Origin: Blastocatellia bacterium
GTDB lineage: Bacteria; Acidobacteriota; Blastocatellia; UBA7656
Assembly: GCA_963765495.1 (NCBI GenBank)
Contig: CAVXWP010000001.1
Coordinates: forward strand, 928,001-992,000
Length of the DNA: 64,000 bases
Direction: 5' to 3'
Shown here: piece by piece, positions 51,492-62,600 of the stretch
How positions within the stretch are numbered: position 1 is the first letter of the stretch
How the letters are laid out: the number at the start of each line of letters is the position of its first letter
Made by a program: the position numbers and the translations under genes
Notes under the pieces: model-generated
What the model was told of the DNA's origin: nothing
The model's input: only the letters and a program-made list of their open reading frames with translations
Databases searched by the model: none

Positions 51492-51681
51492 GGGCTTAGC
51501 TCTCTTTGATAAATGGAGAGGTTATTTATACATTCGCTGATTTGACGGAGTCAATCGATTGGCCCGGTTTGTACCGGCGGGTCCGGCTGTTTAAGTCGGC
51601 CTTGCTCCGTTCAATTCCGACCTGCTGGTGTAGCGGCTGTTCCATCTATATACTGACAAAATCAGACTGGTTGAGCGGATT

Positions 51682-52419
51682 ATGCAGATTATTCCGGCGA
51701 TAGATTTGAAGAGCGGCAGGTGCGTGCGGCTGATCGAGGGGCGCAAGGAGAGCGCGAAAGTCTATGACCGCGACCCGCTTGAGGTCGCGCGGGGCTACGA
51801 GCGAGCGGGCGCGCAGCTTATTCATATCGTAGACCTGGATGGAGCCTTTCTCGGCGCGGCATCCGAGAACCGGAAGATCATAAACAAAATCAGCGAAGAA
51901 ATAGAGGTTCCAATCGAGGTCGGCGGCGGCGTGCGCTCGATTTTGGATATAGAGATTCTCATCGAGAAGATCGGCGCTCGCTATGTAGTAGTCGGCACGC
52001 TCGCCGTAGAAGAACCGCGCGTCGTGACCGAAGCCGTGGCTCGATACAAGGGCGCGATAATCGCGGGGATTGACGGGCGGGGCCGCGCCGTTGCGACTCG
52101 CGGATGGACCGAAGCGACCGCTATTGACGCGCTTGATCTTGCGCGGCAGGTTGCGCAGGCGGGCGTCGAACGAATCATCTACACCGACATCACGCGGGAC
52201 GGGCGGCTCGCGGGGCCAAATTTCGAGATGACTCGCCAGCTTGCCCTTGCTTCGGGCGTTCGCGTTACGGCATCGGGCGGGATTGCTTCGCTTGAAGATA
52301 TCGCTCGAATGCGCGAGCTTGAAATTGAAGGTGTCGATTCGGTAATCATCGGCAAGGCGCTTTACGAAGGCCGCTTCGGTTTGGAAGAGGCGATTAAAAC
52401 CGCCTCTTCCGAGAATTAA
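51682..52419 (+). CDS. hisA: ProFAR isomerase HisA
   Basis: [43 protein letters not shown]. Confidence 0.95.
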   Translation: MQIIPAIDLKSGRCVRLIEGRKESAKVYDRDPLEVARGYERAGAQLIHIVDLDGAFLGAASENRKIINKISEEIEVPIEVGGGVRSILDIEILIEKIGARYVVVGTLAVEEPRVVTEAVARYKGAIIAGIDGRGRAVATRGWTEATAIDALDLARQVAQAGVERIIYTDITRDGRLAGPNFEMTRQLALASGVRVTASGGIASLEDIARMRELEIEGVDSVIIGKALYEGRFGLEEAIKTASSEN

Positions 52420-52420
52420 T

Positions 52421-53320
52421 ATGCTGGCTAAGAGAATCATCCCATGTCTTGACGTAGATCGCGGTCGCGTGGTCAAGGGTATTCGCTTTGTTGATCTGAT
52501 TGATGCCGGAGACCCCGTGGAGCAGGCACGTCGCTATGACCGCGAGGGCGCTGACGAGCTTGTCTTTCTCGACATCACCGCATCATCCGAGAGCCGCCAG
52601 ATCGTTCGCGACATGGTTCGGCGCGTGGCCGATTCCGTCTTTATCCCTTTCACGGTAGGCGGCGGCATCCGCACAATCGAAGACATCCGCTACCTGCTGG
52701 CATCGGGCGCAGATAAGGTTTCGCTAAACACGGCGGCGATCAATAACCCTTCGATAATCACCGAAGGCGCAAGAGCTTTTGGCTCTCAGGCCATGGTCGT
52801 GGCTATAGACGCCCGGCGCAGTCAGGGGCCAGCTTCGCAGGGGCCGGGGGCCGGGGGCCGGGGGTCGGTAACAAATGTAAGGATAGAATCTGAGGAAAAT
52901 AGTGAAGGATTAGAAGCGTCGCCCAGAACCGGCCCCCGGCCCCTGGCCCCCGGCCCCTGCGAAGTTTACACCCACGGCGGGCGGACACCTGCGGGGCTTG
53001 ATGCAATTGAGTGGGCGAAGAAGGCGGAACAACTCGGGGCCGGAGAGATACTTTTGACAAGCATGGACGCCGACGGCACGCGCGACGGCTACGATCTGGA
53101 GCTTACTCGGGCGATTTCAGAAGCGGTATCAATACCCGTGATTGCATCGGGCGGTGCCGGTACGCTTGAACATCTGCGCGAGGCGCTGGACGAAGGCAAG
53201 GCCTCGGCGGTGCTGGCGGCTTCGATATTTCATTTTGGCGAGTTTACTATCAGTCGGGCGAAAGAGTACCTGCAAAAGCGCGGACTGCCTGTCAGGCTGG
53301 TATCCGACCGCGAAACATAA
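52421..53320 (+). CDS. hisF: Imidazole glycerol phosphate synthase cyclase subunit, with an in-frame insertion of about 45 aa
   Basis: [38 protein letters not shown]. Confidence 0.96.
   Translation: MLAKRIIPCLDVDRGRVVKGIRFVDLIDAGDPVEQARRYDREGADELVFLDITASSESRQIVRDMVRRVADSVFIPFTVGGGIRTIEDIRYLLASGADKVSLNTAAINNPSIITEGARAFGSQAMVVAIDARRSQGPASQGPGAGGRGSVTNVRIESEENSEGLEASPRTGPRPLAPGPCEVYTHGGRTPAGLDAIEWAKKAEQLGAGEILLTSMDADGTRDGYDLELTRAISEAVSIPVIASGGAGTLEHLREALDEGKASAVLAASIFHFGEFTISRAKEYLQKRGLPVRLVSDRET
52833..52964. repeat. Family D element inserted in frame in hisF
   Basis: 37-bp inverted arms (52833-52869 / 52928-52964); the two mismatches are G-U compatible; purine-rich spacer. Confidence 0.9.
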
Positions 53321-53425
53321 TATGCCGGAAATAAATCTCTTTCACACGCGCTCATCTGATATTTCAAACTCAAATTTCAAATCTCAAATGGGTGCTGCCG
53401 CGTCCGTGCGTCTCGCTTCGCGTCT

Positions 53426-53974
53426 TTACTTTGCATCGGCGCGACTCAATCGTTTGTCGAGGGCCGACAGAAACTGTGCTATATGGCGGCGGTTCTCGCC
53501 AAAGTCGCCTTTGCCCTCGCGCGATTTCGAGCGAACATCCACGCGAGTCTGCTCTGGCTCGCCGCCGAGGCTTATGCTCACATCGTCTGTGAAGATCACG
53601 ACTTTCTTCTCTGCCTCGATTCTGCCTTCGGATGCATTCTGCGCGACAAGCTTCCAATCGGGCAGATTCTCGATAACGCTCGCCGCCGCTTCAAAGGCCT
53701 GCTCACGCGGGGCGTTGTAAAAGCGCGTCTTGAGTTCCGGGAACTCCGGCTCCACACTGGTTTCGGCCACGTTTGTAGAGAGCGCTGTCTGTATCCTGCG
53801 CCCAAACTGTGGAGTCAGGACGAATATGGCTGCCGCTCCGGCTGAGAGCAGAACCAGCAAGATAATTATCAATTGCGGCGTTCGCTTTACGCTCCTGCGC
53901 GCGATCATGATTACTATTGCCGTCGTGGCAAGAATTATGATCGCGCCGATTATTATGCTGAATATGATTTCCAT
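53426..53974 (-). CDS. DUF1499-like membrane-anchored protein
   Basis: Two N-terminal TM helices; FTDDV, RVDVRSKSR.GKGDFG.NRR.I. Confidence 0.72.
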   Translation of the reverse strand: MEIIFSIIIGAIIILATTAIVIMIARRSVKRTPQLIIILLVLLSAGAAAIFVLTPQFGRRIQTALSTNVAETSVEPEFPELKTRFYNAPREQAFEAAASVIENLPDWKLVAQNASEGRIEAEKKVVIFTDDVSISLGGEPEQTRVDVRSKSREGKGDFGENRRHIAQFLSALDKRLSRADAK

Positions 53975-54312
53975 TTGTCTCTCCGGGCAAGGCTGACTCC
54001 TGTGGCCGACCCTGTTTGAATCTCGTCCTTCTCTCAAAAGGTACCCTCGCCGTCATTGGCGTGCAAAGAATAATTGCCGGGCCGTCAAAAAAATTCTAAA
54101 CATTTTGCGATATTTTGCATTTCATCGTATCTTTATTCCGTCTCATTTTATTGAGTAAATCCATCGTCTCATCGAGACGTATTAGCAGGCCAGTTTTCAT
54201 GCGGAATCTGTTTCTGACGCGGATTGTCTGTAGCCTATGGCATTCAAACATCTTTAAGGTTTGCCCTTACTTCTTCGGGCAAGGCCGTTCTCAGGTTAGG
54301 AGGTTTGACGTT

Positions 54313-56631
54313 ATGCTGAATAGTGCTCTCAGAGTATTTGTGGTTCTGATTCTAAGCGGGCTCTTATGTTTATCGGGTGTCTCAGCCAATTCGGGCAAAT
54401 CCGGCCCCCGGCAAATCCGGCTTTCAGCAGAGTTGAAACAACTTACTCTGGAATCTCCCACTCGCGAGAAGCAGTCACGGGCGTGGCACTGGAAAAAAGT
54501 AAGCTCTAGAATACGCCAGACACTTGCCCGCATCGCCCAAAACGGCATTGCGCCTCAATCTCTATCTCAATTCGATATGTCTGTTTACGGCGATCAATAT
54601 TTGAAGATTGAAAAAGACGGTCGATTTCGGGTGACGATTCAGGTATCGCGAACCGGGGCTGCGGAGCGCAAAGAGCTTGAACGTCTCGGGTATAAGATCA
54701 CATTTGAAAGCGGCGAATATCTTTTTCTGGAAGGGTGGCTCCCGTATTCCGAGATCGAAGAGACAGCAAGACTCGATTTCGTCAAAGCAATACAGCCCAC
54801 GCTCGGCCCTGTCACAAACACCGGCAGCACCAACTCCGAAGGCGACGCCATTCTGCTTGCCAATCAGGCGCGGCAGACGTTTGGCGTCACGGGCAACGGC
54901 GTAAAAGTGGGCGTGATGTCCGACAGCATAGACGGGATCGATACTTCTAAGGCAAGCGGCGACCTGCCCGCGAATGTTCAGGTCTTAAAACCCGGCGAAG
55001 GCGAGGGCGAAGGCACGGCGATGCTTGAAATCGTAAATGATCTGGCTCCGGGCGCGGCGCTGGCTTTCTACGGCCCTTCGTCGAGCGGTGATATGATTAC
55101 GGGTATCAATCAGCTTGCGGCGGCAGGGAGCAAGGTGATCGTCGATGATCTCACTTTCCTTGACCAGCCGCACTTTGAAGAAGGCCCCATCGCCCTTACC
55201 GTGAACTCGGTCGCCGCGCAGGGGGTAGTCTATGTGACCTCGGCCGGAAACTACGCTTCGGGCACAAACACGGATCGCTCCCACTACGAGAGCAATTTCT
55301 CTGGAATCGGCTCATTGGGAGGTCCTACCACTAATGTCCACGATTTCGGAGGCGGAGTGCCGGCCCAGCAAATCACGGTCGAACCCCATACAACTGCCGG
55401 AATATTTCTGCAATGGGCAAACCAGTTCGGGCATGCGGCTGACGATTACGATCTTTATGTCGTTGACGCAGACGGCAATATCCTGGACCAGAGCGATGAC
55501 GTGCAGGATGGAGACGATATCCCTCGCGAAACGGCCGTCGTCAGAAATGACACGAATTTCCCGGTCAATTATTTCGTAATCATCGACCTGTTTAACGGCG
55601 CTCCGCGCACTTTAGAACTGTACTACAGTCATGTCAGCAGCGTGGAATTCGCCACGGCGGCGGGCAGCATCGCGGGGCACGCGAATGCGTCGGGCGCAAT
55701 CACAGTAGCGGCCATAGATGCAAATGATCCGGGAAACGATACGATAGAGGATTACAGCAGTCAGGGCCCCTGCACGCTCTTTTTCCCTTTCTTTGAAAAC
55801 CGCCAGAAACCCGATGTTACAGGCATTGACGGGGTGGCAGTCACGGGCGCGGCAGGCTTCCCGAACCGTTTCTTCGGCACCTCGGCCGCCGCTCCGCACA
55901 TCGCGGCGATAGCGGCGCTAATGATCCAATCCAACCCTTCGATAAGTTCATCCCAGGTCAAAAACGCGCTTAAAAGCACCGCGATTGATTTTGGTTCGCC
56001 TGGCCCGGACACCCTGTTCGGAGCCGGGCGGGTCAACGCTCTGGAAGCGGTTCGCGCCGTGCAAACGGGGAACGGAAATATTGCTCCTCATATCAACGCG
56101 CTCACGGCAAGGCTCACAGGCGATGTGCTGACCCTCACCGGCAATGCGACTGACCCTGACGGTGATATGACTCAGGTTCAGGTCTTTCTGCTCAACGGCG
56201 CGGGCCTGATCATAGCCGAAACCAACCCGTTTGCGGTTGGCTTCGGCTCAGCAACTATGAGCAATTTCACCGTTCAGGTAAATAATCTGAATACATTCCC
56301 TTTGGCCTTGAAAGCGATTCTGGTTGTGATTGACAGCCACGCCAATCGCAGCGACACCTTTACGGCGGATTTCTCTCAGGCAGATCAGGGAGGTCCGACT
56401 ATAAAGAATGTCACCTTCAACGGGGCGAAAATGAAGATCAAGGGCAGCGGGTTGAGCGGCCAGCTACAGATAGAGATCAACGGCGTGGTCGTGGCTCAGG
56501 GCAGCAACAGCGCCAACGGCAAGGTAAAGATCAAAGGCAGCGCAGCAAACCTGAATCTCAACTTCGGTCTTAATCGCGTACGGGTGATTAAAGGGGGGCT
56601 GGTGTCAAATATCTGGTTGCTGAACCGGTAA
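54313..56631 (+). CDS. Secreted S8 subtilase with Glu in place of the catalytic His
   Basis: GVKVGVMSDS, GEGTAMLEIVND, SAGN, FFGTSAAAPH; start placed at 54313 (GGAGG RBS). Confidence 0.8.
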   Translation: MLNSALRVFVVLILSGLLCLSGVSANSGKSGPRQIRLSAELKQLTLESPTREKQSRAWHWKKVSSRIRQTLARIAQNGIAPQSLSQFDMSVYGDQYLKIEKDGRFRVTIQVSRTGAAERKELERLGYKITFESGEYLFLEGWLPYSEIEETARLDFVKAIQPTLGPVTNTGSTNSEGDAILLANQARQTFGVTGNGVKVGVMSDSIDGIDTSKASGDLPANVQVLKPGEGEGEGTAMLEIVNDLAPGAALAFYGPSSSGDMITGINQLAAAGSKVIVDDLTFLDQPHFEEGPIALTVNSVAAQGVVYVTSAGNYASGTNTDRSHYESNFSGIGSLGGPTTNVHDFGGGVPAQQITVEPHTTAGIFLQWANQFGHAADDYDLYVVDADGNILDQSDDVQDGDDIPRETAVVRNDTNFPVNYFVIIDLFNGAPRTLELYYSHVSSVEFATAAGSIAGHANASGAITVAAIDANDPGNDTIEDYSSQGPCTLFFPFFENRQKPDVTGIDGVAVTGAAGFPNRFFGTSAAAPHIAAIAALMIQSNPSISSSQVKNALKSTAIDFGSPGPDTLFGAGRVNALEAVRAVQTGNGNIAPHINALTARLTGDVLTLTGNATDPDGDMTQVQVFLLNGAGLIIAETNPFAVGFGSATMSNFTVQVNNLNTFPLALKAILVVIDSHANRSDTFTADFSQADQGGPTIKNVTFNGAKMKIKGSGLSGQLQIEINGVVVAQGSNSANGKVKIKGSAANLNLNFGLNRVRVIKGGLVSNIWLLNR

Positions 56632-56638
56632 AAAAGAG

Positions 56639-56716
56639 TTTGACAGGATTAACAGGGTTTCAAAGAGTAAAAGAGAATCTTATTGATCCTCATCAAATCC
56701 GGTTAATCCTGTCAAA
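56639..56716. repeat. Palindromic element with ACAGGATT nonamer-type arms (terminator-like)
   Basis: tttgacaggattaacagg ... ccggttaatcctgtcaaa. Confidence 0.6.
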
Positions 56717-56800
56717 AAAATATCACCCCTCATCTCGTCATTCGCCTTTCGGGGAAATTACCTTTATATTTTTAGATCGAATGTAGACGGGCAAAAGCGA

Positions 56801-58204
56801 ATGGCAAAAGATCAGCAACGACAATCCTGGCAGGTGCCGGGCTATCTCGAAACCCACAACGGACGCCTCACGGTTGACGGGGTTGATTCGATAGAGCTTG
56901 CCGGACGGTACGGCACGCCACTTTACGTCTTTTCCGAGAAGCGAATCGCCGACAATACCCGCTCGCTTCGCCGCGAGGTCGAATCGGTCTATCCGCGCAT
57001 CAAGCTCTGTTATGCGGCAAAAGCGAATTCGAATATGGCGGTGCTTGCCATCGTGCATCAATCAGGCGGCGACATCGAAGTGAATTCGGGCGGCGAGTTG
57101 TTCAAGGCTATAAAGATAGGATTTCGACCCGATCAGATTGTCTTTAACGGCGTGTCAAAGACCGATGAAGAGATAGCCGCCGCCGCCCGGTACGGCATAC
57201 TTGCTATCAATGTGGATTCGCTTTTCGAGATAGATCAGGTGGCGCGGGTGGCTCGCAGCGTGGGTAAACGCGCTAATGTGGCGATTCGCATTGTGCCTGA
57301 GATAGTCACCCGCTCGCATATAGGGCTTCAAACCGGGTTGCTGTCGTCAAAGTTTGGCATCTCTCCTTCGCTCATCGAAGAGGCTTTCTCGCGGGCGCTT
57401 GCCGCCCCCGATTGCATAAACCTCGCGGGCGTTCACATCCACGTAGGCTCGCAGACGCCCGACCCGCAGCCCTTCGAACGGGCCTTTGCCGAGATGTGGC
57501 GCTTTCTGGTCGATATCTACAAAAGGACCGGCCACCGCCTGAGCCACATAAACATAGGCGGCGGTCTGCCGGTCGATTATTTGCCCCCGACTCCTATGGT
57601 AGACGAGATAGGCGAAACAGAACGCGACATGCTCTCGGCTCAACTGGACGCAAGCGAAGTCTTGCGCTCGGCGCTCAAACACGCGGCCGAAGAAGATGAA
57701 TCGGGTTTGCTCGACGGGTTGACCATAGTGATGGAGCCGGGCCGCCGGATAATCGGAGACACGGGTTTGCTCGTCACTCGCGTCTGCAATATTAAAGAGA
57801 GACCCGAAACGGGCGACACGTGGCTCTTAACCGATGCCGGGTATTCGCTGATGCTTTCGATCAACACATACAAATGGTATTACCATCTGATCTCGGCCAC
57901 GCGCGCAGGCAGCGAGCACCTGCGACCCTTCAAGGTAGCCGGTCCCCTTTGCGATTCGGGAGACGTTTATTTCGACATAGAACGTGGCACGAGGCTCCCC
58001 AATTATCGCCTTCTGCCCGAACAGACCGACGTAGGCGATGTGCTGGCTCTGTTAAACACAGGCGCATACGCGCTCGATCAGGCTTCGCAGTATAACGGGC
58101 GGCCCCGCCCGGCTGCGGTGATGATAAAAGAATCGGGCGAAGTGAGGGTCGCTCGCCGCCGCGAGACATACGAAGATTTGTACTCGTTCGACGAATGGGA
58201 ATGA
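56801..58204 (+). CDS. lysA: Diaminopimelate decarboxylase (PLP fold III)
   Basis: YGTPLYV, YAAKAN, SKFG, HIHVGSQ, IGGG, EPGR, GPLCDSGD, GAY, YNGRPRPA. Confidence 0.8.
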   Translation: MAKDQQRQSWQVPGYLETHNGRLTVDGVDSIELAGRYGTPLYVFSEKRIADNTRSLRREVESVYPRIKLCYAAKANSNMAVLAIVHQSGGDIEVNSGGELFKAIKIGFRPDQIVFNGVSKTDEEIAAAARYGILAINVDSLFEIDQVARVARSVGKRANVAIRIVPEIVTRSHIGLQTGLLSSKFGISPSLIEEAFSRALAAPDCINLAGVHIHVGSQTPDPQPFERAFAEMWRFLVDIYKRTGHRLSHINIGGGLPVDYLPPTPMVDEIGETERDMLSAQLDASEVLRSALKHAAEEDESGLLDGLTIVMEPGRRIIGDTGLLVTRVCNIKERPETGDTWLLTDAGYSLMLSINTYKWYYHLISATRAGSEHLRPFKVAGPLCDSGDVYFDIERGTRLPNYRLLPEQTDVGDVLALLNTGAYALDQASQYNGRPRPAAVMIKESGEVRVARRRETYEDLYSFDEWE

Positions 58205-58286
58205 GAAGCCTGAGAGTCTTGTCGATACGTCGAAAATTACCCTGGCTCGCCATCATCTGAGGTCTCAAATCTCAAACTCAAACCTT

Positions 58287-59492
58287 TCAGGCCGTGGGCT
58301 TGTCGGGCAGCGGTTGCGTGGCATGAAAATCTTCATACACGCGCAGGGTATAATCTTCTAGCAAGGACTCGACCCGTTGGGGGTCATAGCTTGCTACGAT
58401 AAGTCCTATGTGATGGTCTTTCTTTAAGCGCCAGACGATCTCCGGGTCATTGAATCGAGAGGTGTCGGGCTGCTGCTGACGGGCCAGCGAGATTAAAATG
58501 CCCGCATAGTCGTCCCGGTGTTCGGGCAGATGATAAGTGCGCTCGCCTCGACCTATTTCGATCTTAGCCCACTCGGCCCACATATTGATGCCGGTCGAGG
58601 CTTCGATGAGTTCCGCTATGTTTGCTCCGCCGACGCGAGAGGCCGTCTCAAGAAAATAGAGACGCCCGTCTTCGTGGCCCTTGATGAACTCCGTGTGTGT
58701 GACTCCGCGAACGAGCCCGAGCGCCGCGATCAATTCGCGGTTGGCCGTCTCAAGCACCTGCGCGTCTATCGATGCGCGAGAGATTTTCCGGCTTGTAAAG
58801 ATGCCGCCCCCGTGCGCCACCGCCATAGGCGGATGGCCGTATTTGTGCGGGACGGTGAAGACGACTTCGCGCTCGCTGACTATCGAATCGATGTGGAAGA
58901 TGTCACCCGGAATAAACCGTTCGAGAACATAAAAAGATTGGCGGTCGCCCAGTTCATCAAGTATCGGCCATAGCTGGTAAGAGCTTTCGATCTTCTTTAT
59001 GCCTATGGCCGAAGCCTCCGACCTCGGTTTGAGAACCCAGGGAGCAGGCACTCGTTCCATGTACTCGCGTACGCGGTCGTAGTTGAGGATGTGAACGAAT
59101 TCGGGCACGAGTATGCCGTGATCTTTCGCCTTCACGCGCATGGCGAGTTTGTCTCGAAAGTATCGAGCCGTCGTGTCGCCCATACCCGGAATGCGTAGAT
59201 GCTCTCTGAGTATCGCCGCCGTCTCTACGTCGTAATCATCGAGCGGCACGATTCGATCTATCGCGGTGGTGCGCGCCAGATAGCTTATGCCTTTTATAAT
59301 ATCGTCGCGGATCGAGATACTGGGCATGTAAAAGATTTCGTCTATAGATTCACGCGGCCACCGGGCTTCCTTTAGCGATTCCAGAGTCACAAGGATTACG
59401 CGACATCCCTGGCGTTTGCACTCTCTTAAAAATTCGTGGCCTTTCTCGTAGCTGGCCAGACAGAGAATAGTAATCGGTTGCTGATCGGACAC
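58287..59492 (-). CDS. ATP-grasp domain protein
   Basis: [34 protein letters not shown]. Confidence 0.82.
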   Translation of the reverse strand: MSDQQPITILCLASYEKGHEFLRECKRQGCRVILVTLESLKEARWPRESIDEIFYMPSISIRDDIIKGISYLARTTAIDRIVPLDDYDVETAAILREHLRIPGMGDTTARYFRDKLAMRVKAKDHGILVPEFVHILNYDRVREYMERVPAPWVLKPRSEASAIGIKKIESSYQLWPILDELGDRQSFYVLERFIPGDIFHIDSIVSEREVVFTVPHKYGHPPMAVAHGGGIFTSRKISRASIDAQVLETANRELIAALGLVRGVTHTEFIKGHEDGRLYFLETASRVGGANIAELIEASTGINMWAEWAKIEIGRGERTYHLPEHRDDYAGILISLARQQQPDTSRFNDPEIVWRLKKDHHIGLIVASYDPQRVESLLEDYTLRVYEDFHATQPLPDKPTA

Positions 59493-59571
59493 CTCGCACG
59501 CTCCTTCAAAGAGGGAAATAGATTACGCTACGCGAGACGGGATTATACAGCATGAGTAGTTGGGACAGTAG

Positions 59572-59694
59572 CTGACGCGTTCACGCGATGCGTTCACGTG
59601 ATTCGTGATTCGTGATTCGTGATTCGTGACTTTCAGGCAGATCGTCTGTTGAAGATAAAATGTAAGACAGGTAGGTCACGGATCACGGATCACT
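59572..59694. repeat. Family A element, copy 6, overlapping the RND permease stop
   Basis: (gtgattc)x4 gtga / tcacggatcacggatcac; core CAGGCAG-N7-GTTGAAGA-N5-TGTAAG. Confidence 0.85.
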
Positions 59695-62600
59695 CTTTCG
59701 ATAGAACATCGTGTAAACGGTCGGCGTCACGATCAGCGAAAGCAGCAGCGCAACCGTCAATCCGCCTATCACTCCGATGGCGAGCGGTTGAAGTAGCTCC
59801 GCTCCCGACCCAAGTGCCAGGGCGAGTGGGAGCATGCCAAGTATAGTGGCAAGCGAGGTCATAAGAACGGGGCGGAACCGGCGGCGGCCTGAGCGGATGA
59901 GCGCCTCTCTGAGCGTGTCGCCCGAGGCGAGATGATCCTCTACCGCGTCGAGCATCAGGATGCCGTTTTTCGCAACAAGCCCCACGACCATTATCATCCC
60001 CATCAGTGAAACTACGTTCAGCGTAGTCCCGGTGATAAAGAGAGCCGCGAGCACTCCCCCGAGCGCGAGCACCGCGCCCGTAAGTATCGCCACCGGGTGA
60101 GCAAACGATTTGAATTCGATGAGCAGCGTGATGAAGACCAGCGCCACCGCAAGCGTGAGCGCCAAAAGCAATTCGGCGAAACTCGATTGTTGTTCGCGAT
60201 ACAGCCCGCCGTATTCGATTGTCATTCCGGGCGGGAGTTTTACATCGCTTGCCAGCTTTCGCTTGATCGCATCAATGGCCGAGCCAAGATCGCTGCCCGA
60301 CAGTTGCGCCGTCACACCGATTGTCTGCCGAAGCCCGTCGCGGGCAATTTCGGTCTGGCCCTTGTCATATTCAACGTCGGCCACCTGATCTAACCTGAAC
60401 AGAGCGCCCGTCGCCGTAGAGCGAATCTTCAGACCGCGCAATGTGTCGAGCGAACTGCGCTCGCTTGCGGGCAACACTACGCGAACGGAGATCAGGCGGT
60501 CCTGTTGCAGAATGGTCGAGGCTTCATCGCCCGTCATCGCGGTTGTGACGGTCGATGCTATATCGTTTGCCGTCACGCCAAATGTCGCGGCGCGTTGCGG
60601 GTCTATGCGAAAGGTCACCGCCGGGCCGCTCACCACTATGCCGTTAAAGACATCGACGATGCCCGGAATCTTTTCAATCGCATCGGCGACCTCGGCGGCT
60701 TTCTTTTGCAGCGCGGCGGTATCTTCGCTGAAGAGCTTTATCTCGATAGGCTCGGGCGAGCTTGTCAGGTCGCCTATCAAATCGCTCAGGATGCCCACGA
60801 ATTCCACGCGGGCGGCCGGTTCGGAAGATTCGATCTCTTCGCGCAGCTCGTCGGTCACCTCTTCGGTTGAATGCTTGCGATCCGGTTTTAGCTTAACAAG
60901 AAAATCGCCCGAATTAGGCTCGGTGATAAACAGCCCCAGTTCAAGCCCGGTCCTCCGCGAATAGCTCTCGACATCGGGCGAATCTTCGATCATCCTCTCG
61001 ATGTGTTGCAGGATGCGATTCGTCTCGGCAAGCGATGCGCCCGGCGGGGTAGTGTAATCAAGCACGAACGCGCCTTCATCAAAGGGCGGCAGAAACTCCG
61101 AGCCGAGACTGCGATAGAGAAGATAAGAGACGACCACAACCACAAGACAGATTGCAAGCGCGAGTGAGCGGCGGTTCAGAACGCGGCCCAGCAATGCTTC
61201 GTAACGACGCGTGATCGCGCCGAGTATACGGCCCTGTTCCTGTTCTTCAAATTCGTCCGCCGATAGTTCTCGCTCGCCTCTGTCGCTTTCATCGGCGGCC
61301 TCTTCACCCTGTTTCTTATCAGCGCGTTTTGCCCTGACGAAGAATTCGGCAAGCACGGGCGTGAGCGTAAGCGCCAGGACAAGCGATGTGAGAAGCGCCA
61401 CAGCCATCGTGAGCGCGAGCGAGCGAAAGAAGACGCCGGTAACTCCTGTGAGCAGGGTCAGGGGCAGGAAGACGACTACGGGTGTGATGGTCGAGCCGAT
61501 GATCGGCACTGTGATTTCAGAGACGGCCCCGTGTATGGCTTCGCGTTTCGACTGGCCCCGGCGCATGTGCGTATAGATGTTTTCGACCACCACGATGGCA
61601 TCATCAATGACGAGCCCGATGGCAGCGGCTACGCCGCCAAGAGTCATCAGGTCAAAGCTCAACCCGGCGAGCCACATCGCAAGGAACGCCGTAAGCACCG
61701 TGACAGGTATGACAAGTATCGCGACAAAGGTAGTGCCCCAGTTGCGAAGAAAGCCGTAGAGTATGGCTACGGACAAAAGCAAGCCGAGCAGTATGGCATC
61801 GCGGACCGATTTGATGGCCTCGCGCACAAGAATCGACTGATCGTAAAACGGCGCGATCTTCACATCCTTTGGAAGCTGCGCTCGCATGGCGGCAAATTCG
61901 GCCTTTACTTCATCAACGACCGCGACCGTGTTGGCATCGGGCTGGCGATTGACGTTGAGCAATACGGCGGGGTGGCCGTCGGCTGTGACTATGGTGTAAT
62001 TCGGGGCTATGCCTTCGCTCACGTCCGCAATATCGCTGAGCGTGACAGGCCCGTTATTCACATTCGCCACGACTATTGCTTTCAACTCGTCGGCTTTTTG
62101 AGCCTGCCCGCTTACGAGCGTAAGCTCAAGCTGGTGGTTTTCTTCTATGAGTCCGGGCGAAGCGAGAATGTTGGCATTGGTCACGGCTTCGACCACCTGT
62201 TGAAGAGACACGTTGCGCGCATCGAGGCGGGCAGGGTCTACGGTCACGTGGTACTCGCGGGTTTCGCCGCCCGCGATTGCCACGCCCGCCACGCCCGCGA
62301 GCCGGGCAAGACGCGGACGGATGGTGTAGGTGGCGAGGTCGCGCAGGGCGGCCGGGTTGCGGGTGTCGGATGTCAGGCTGTAGCCGGTCACGGGAAAGAC
62401 AGCGAAAGTCAGGCGGTCAACCTGGCGAATCTCGGACGTGGAGGGCAGGCTCGATGTGAGCTGCGAAAGCCGCGCCTGAACCAGTTGCAGAGATTGCAGA
62501 ATATCAACCGACCAGTCAAAGAAGAGATCGACCTGCGCCCCGCCTCGCGCCGTGTTCGAGCGTATTCTGACTATGCCGGGGATGCCGTTCATGGCCTCTT

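Noticed and set aside
52820-52964. Intein in HisF
   Set aside because: Too short, with no His-Asn C-terminal or block B motifs; the insert is explained by a DNA palindrome.
51682-53320. hisA-hisF without hisH as a novel pathway
   Set aside because: Split his operons are common, so the other genes are probably elsewhere in the genome.
59597-59628. Tandem GTGATTC and other heptamer runs as CRISPR arrays
   Set aside because: Units are 7 nt with no unique spacers, and there are no cas genes in the window.
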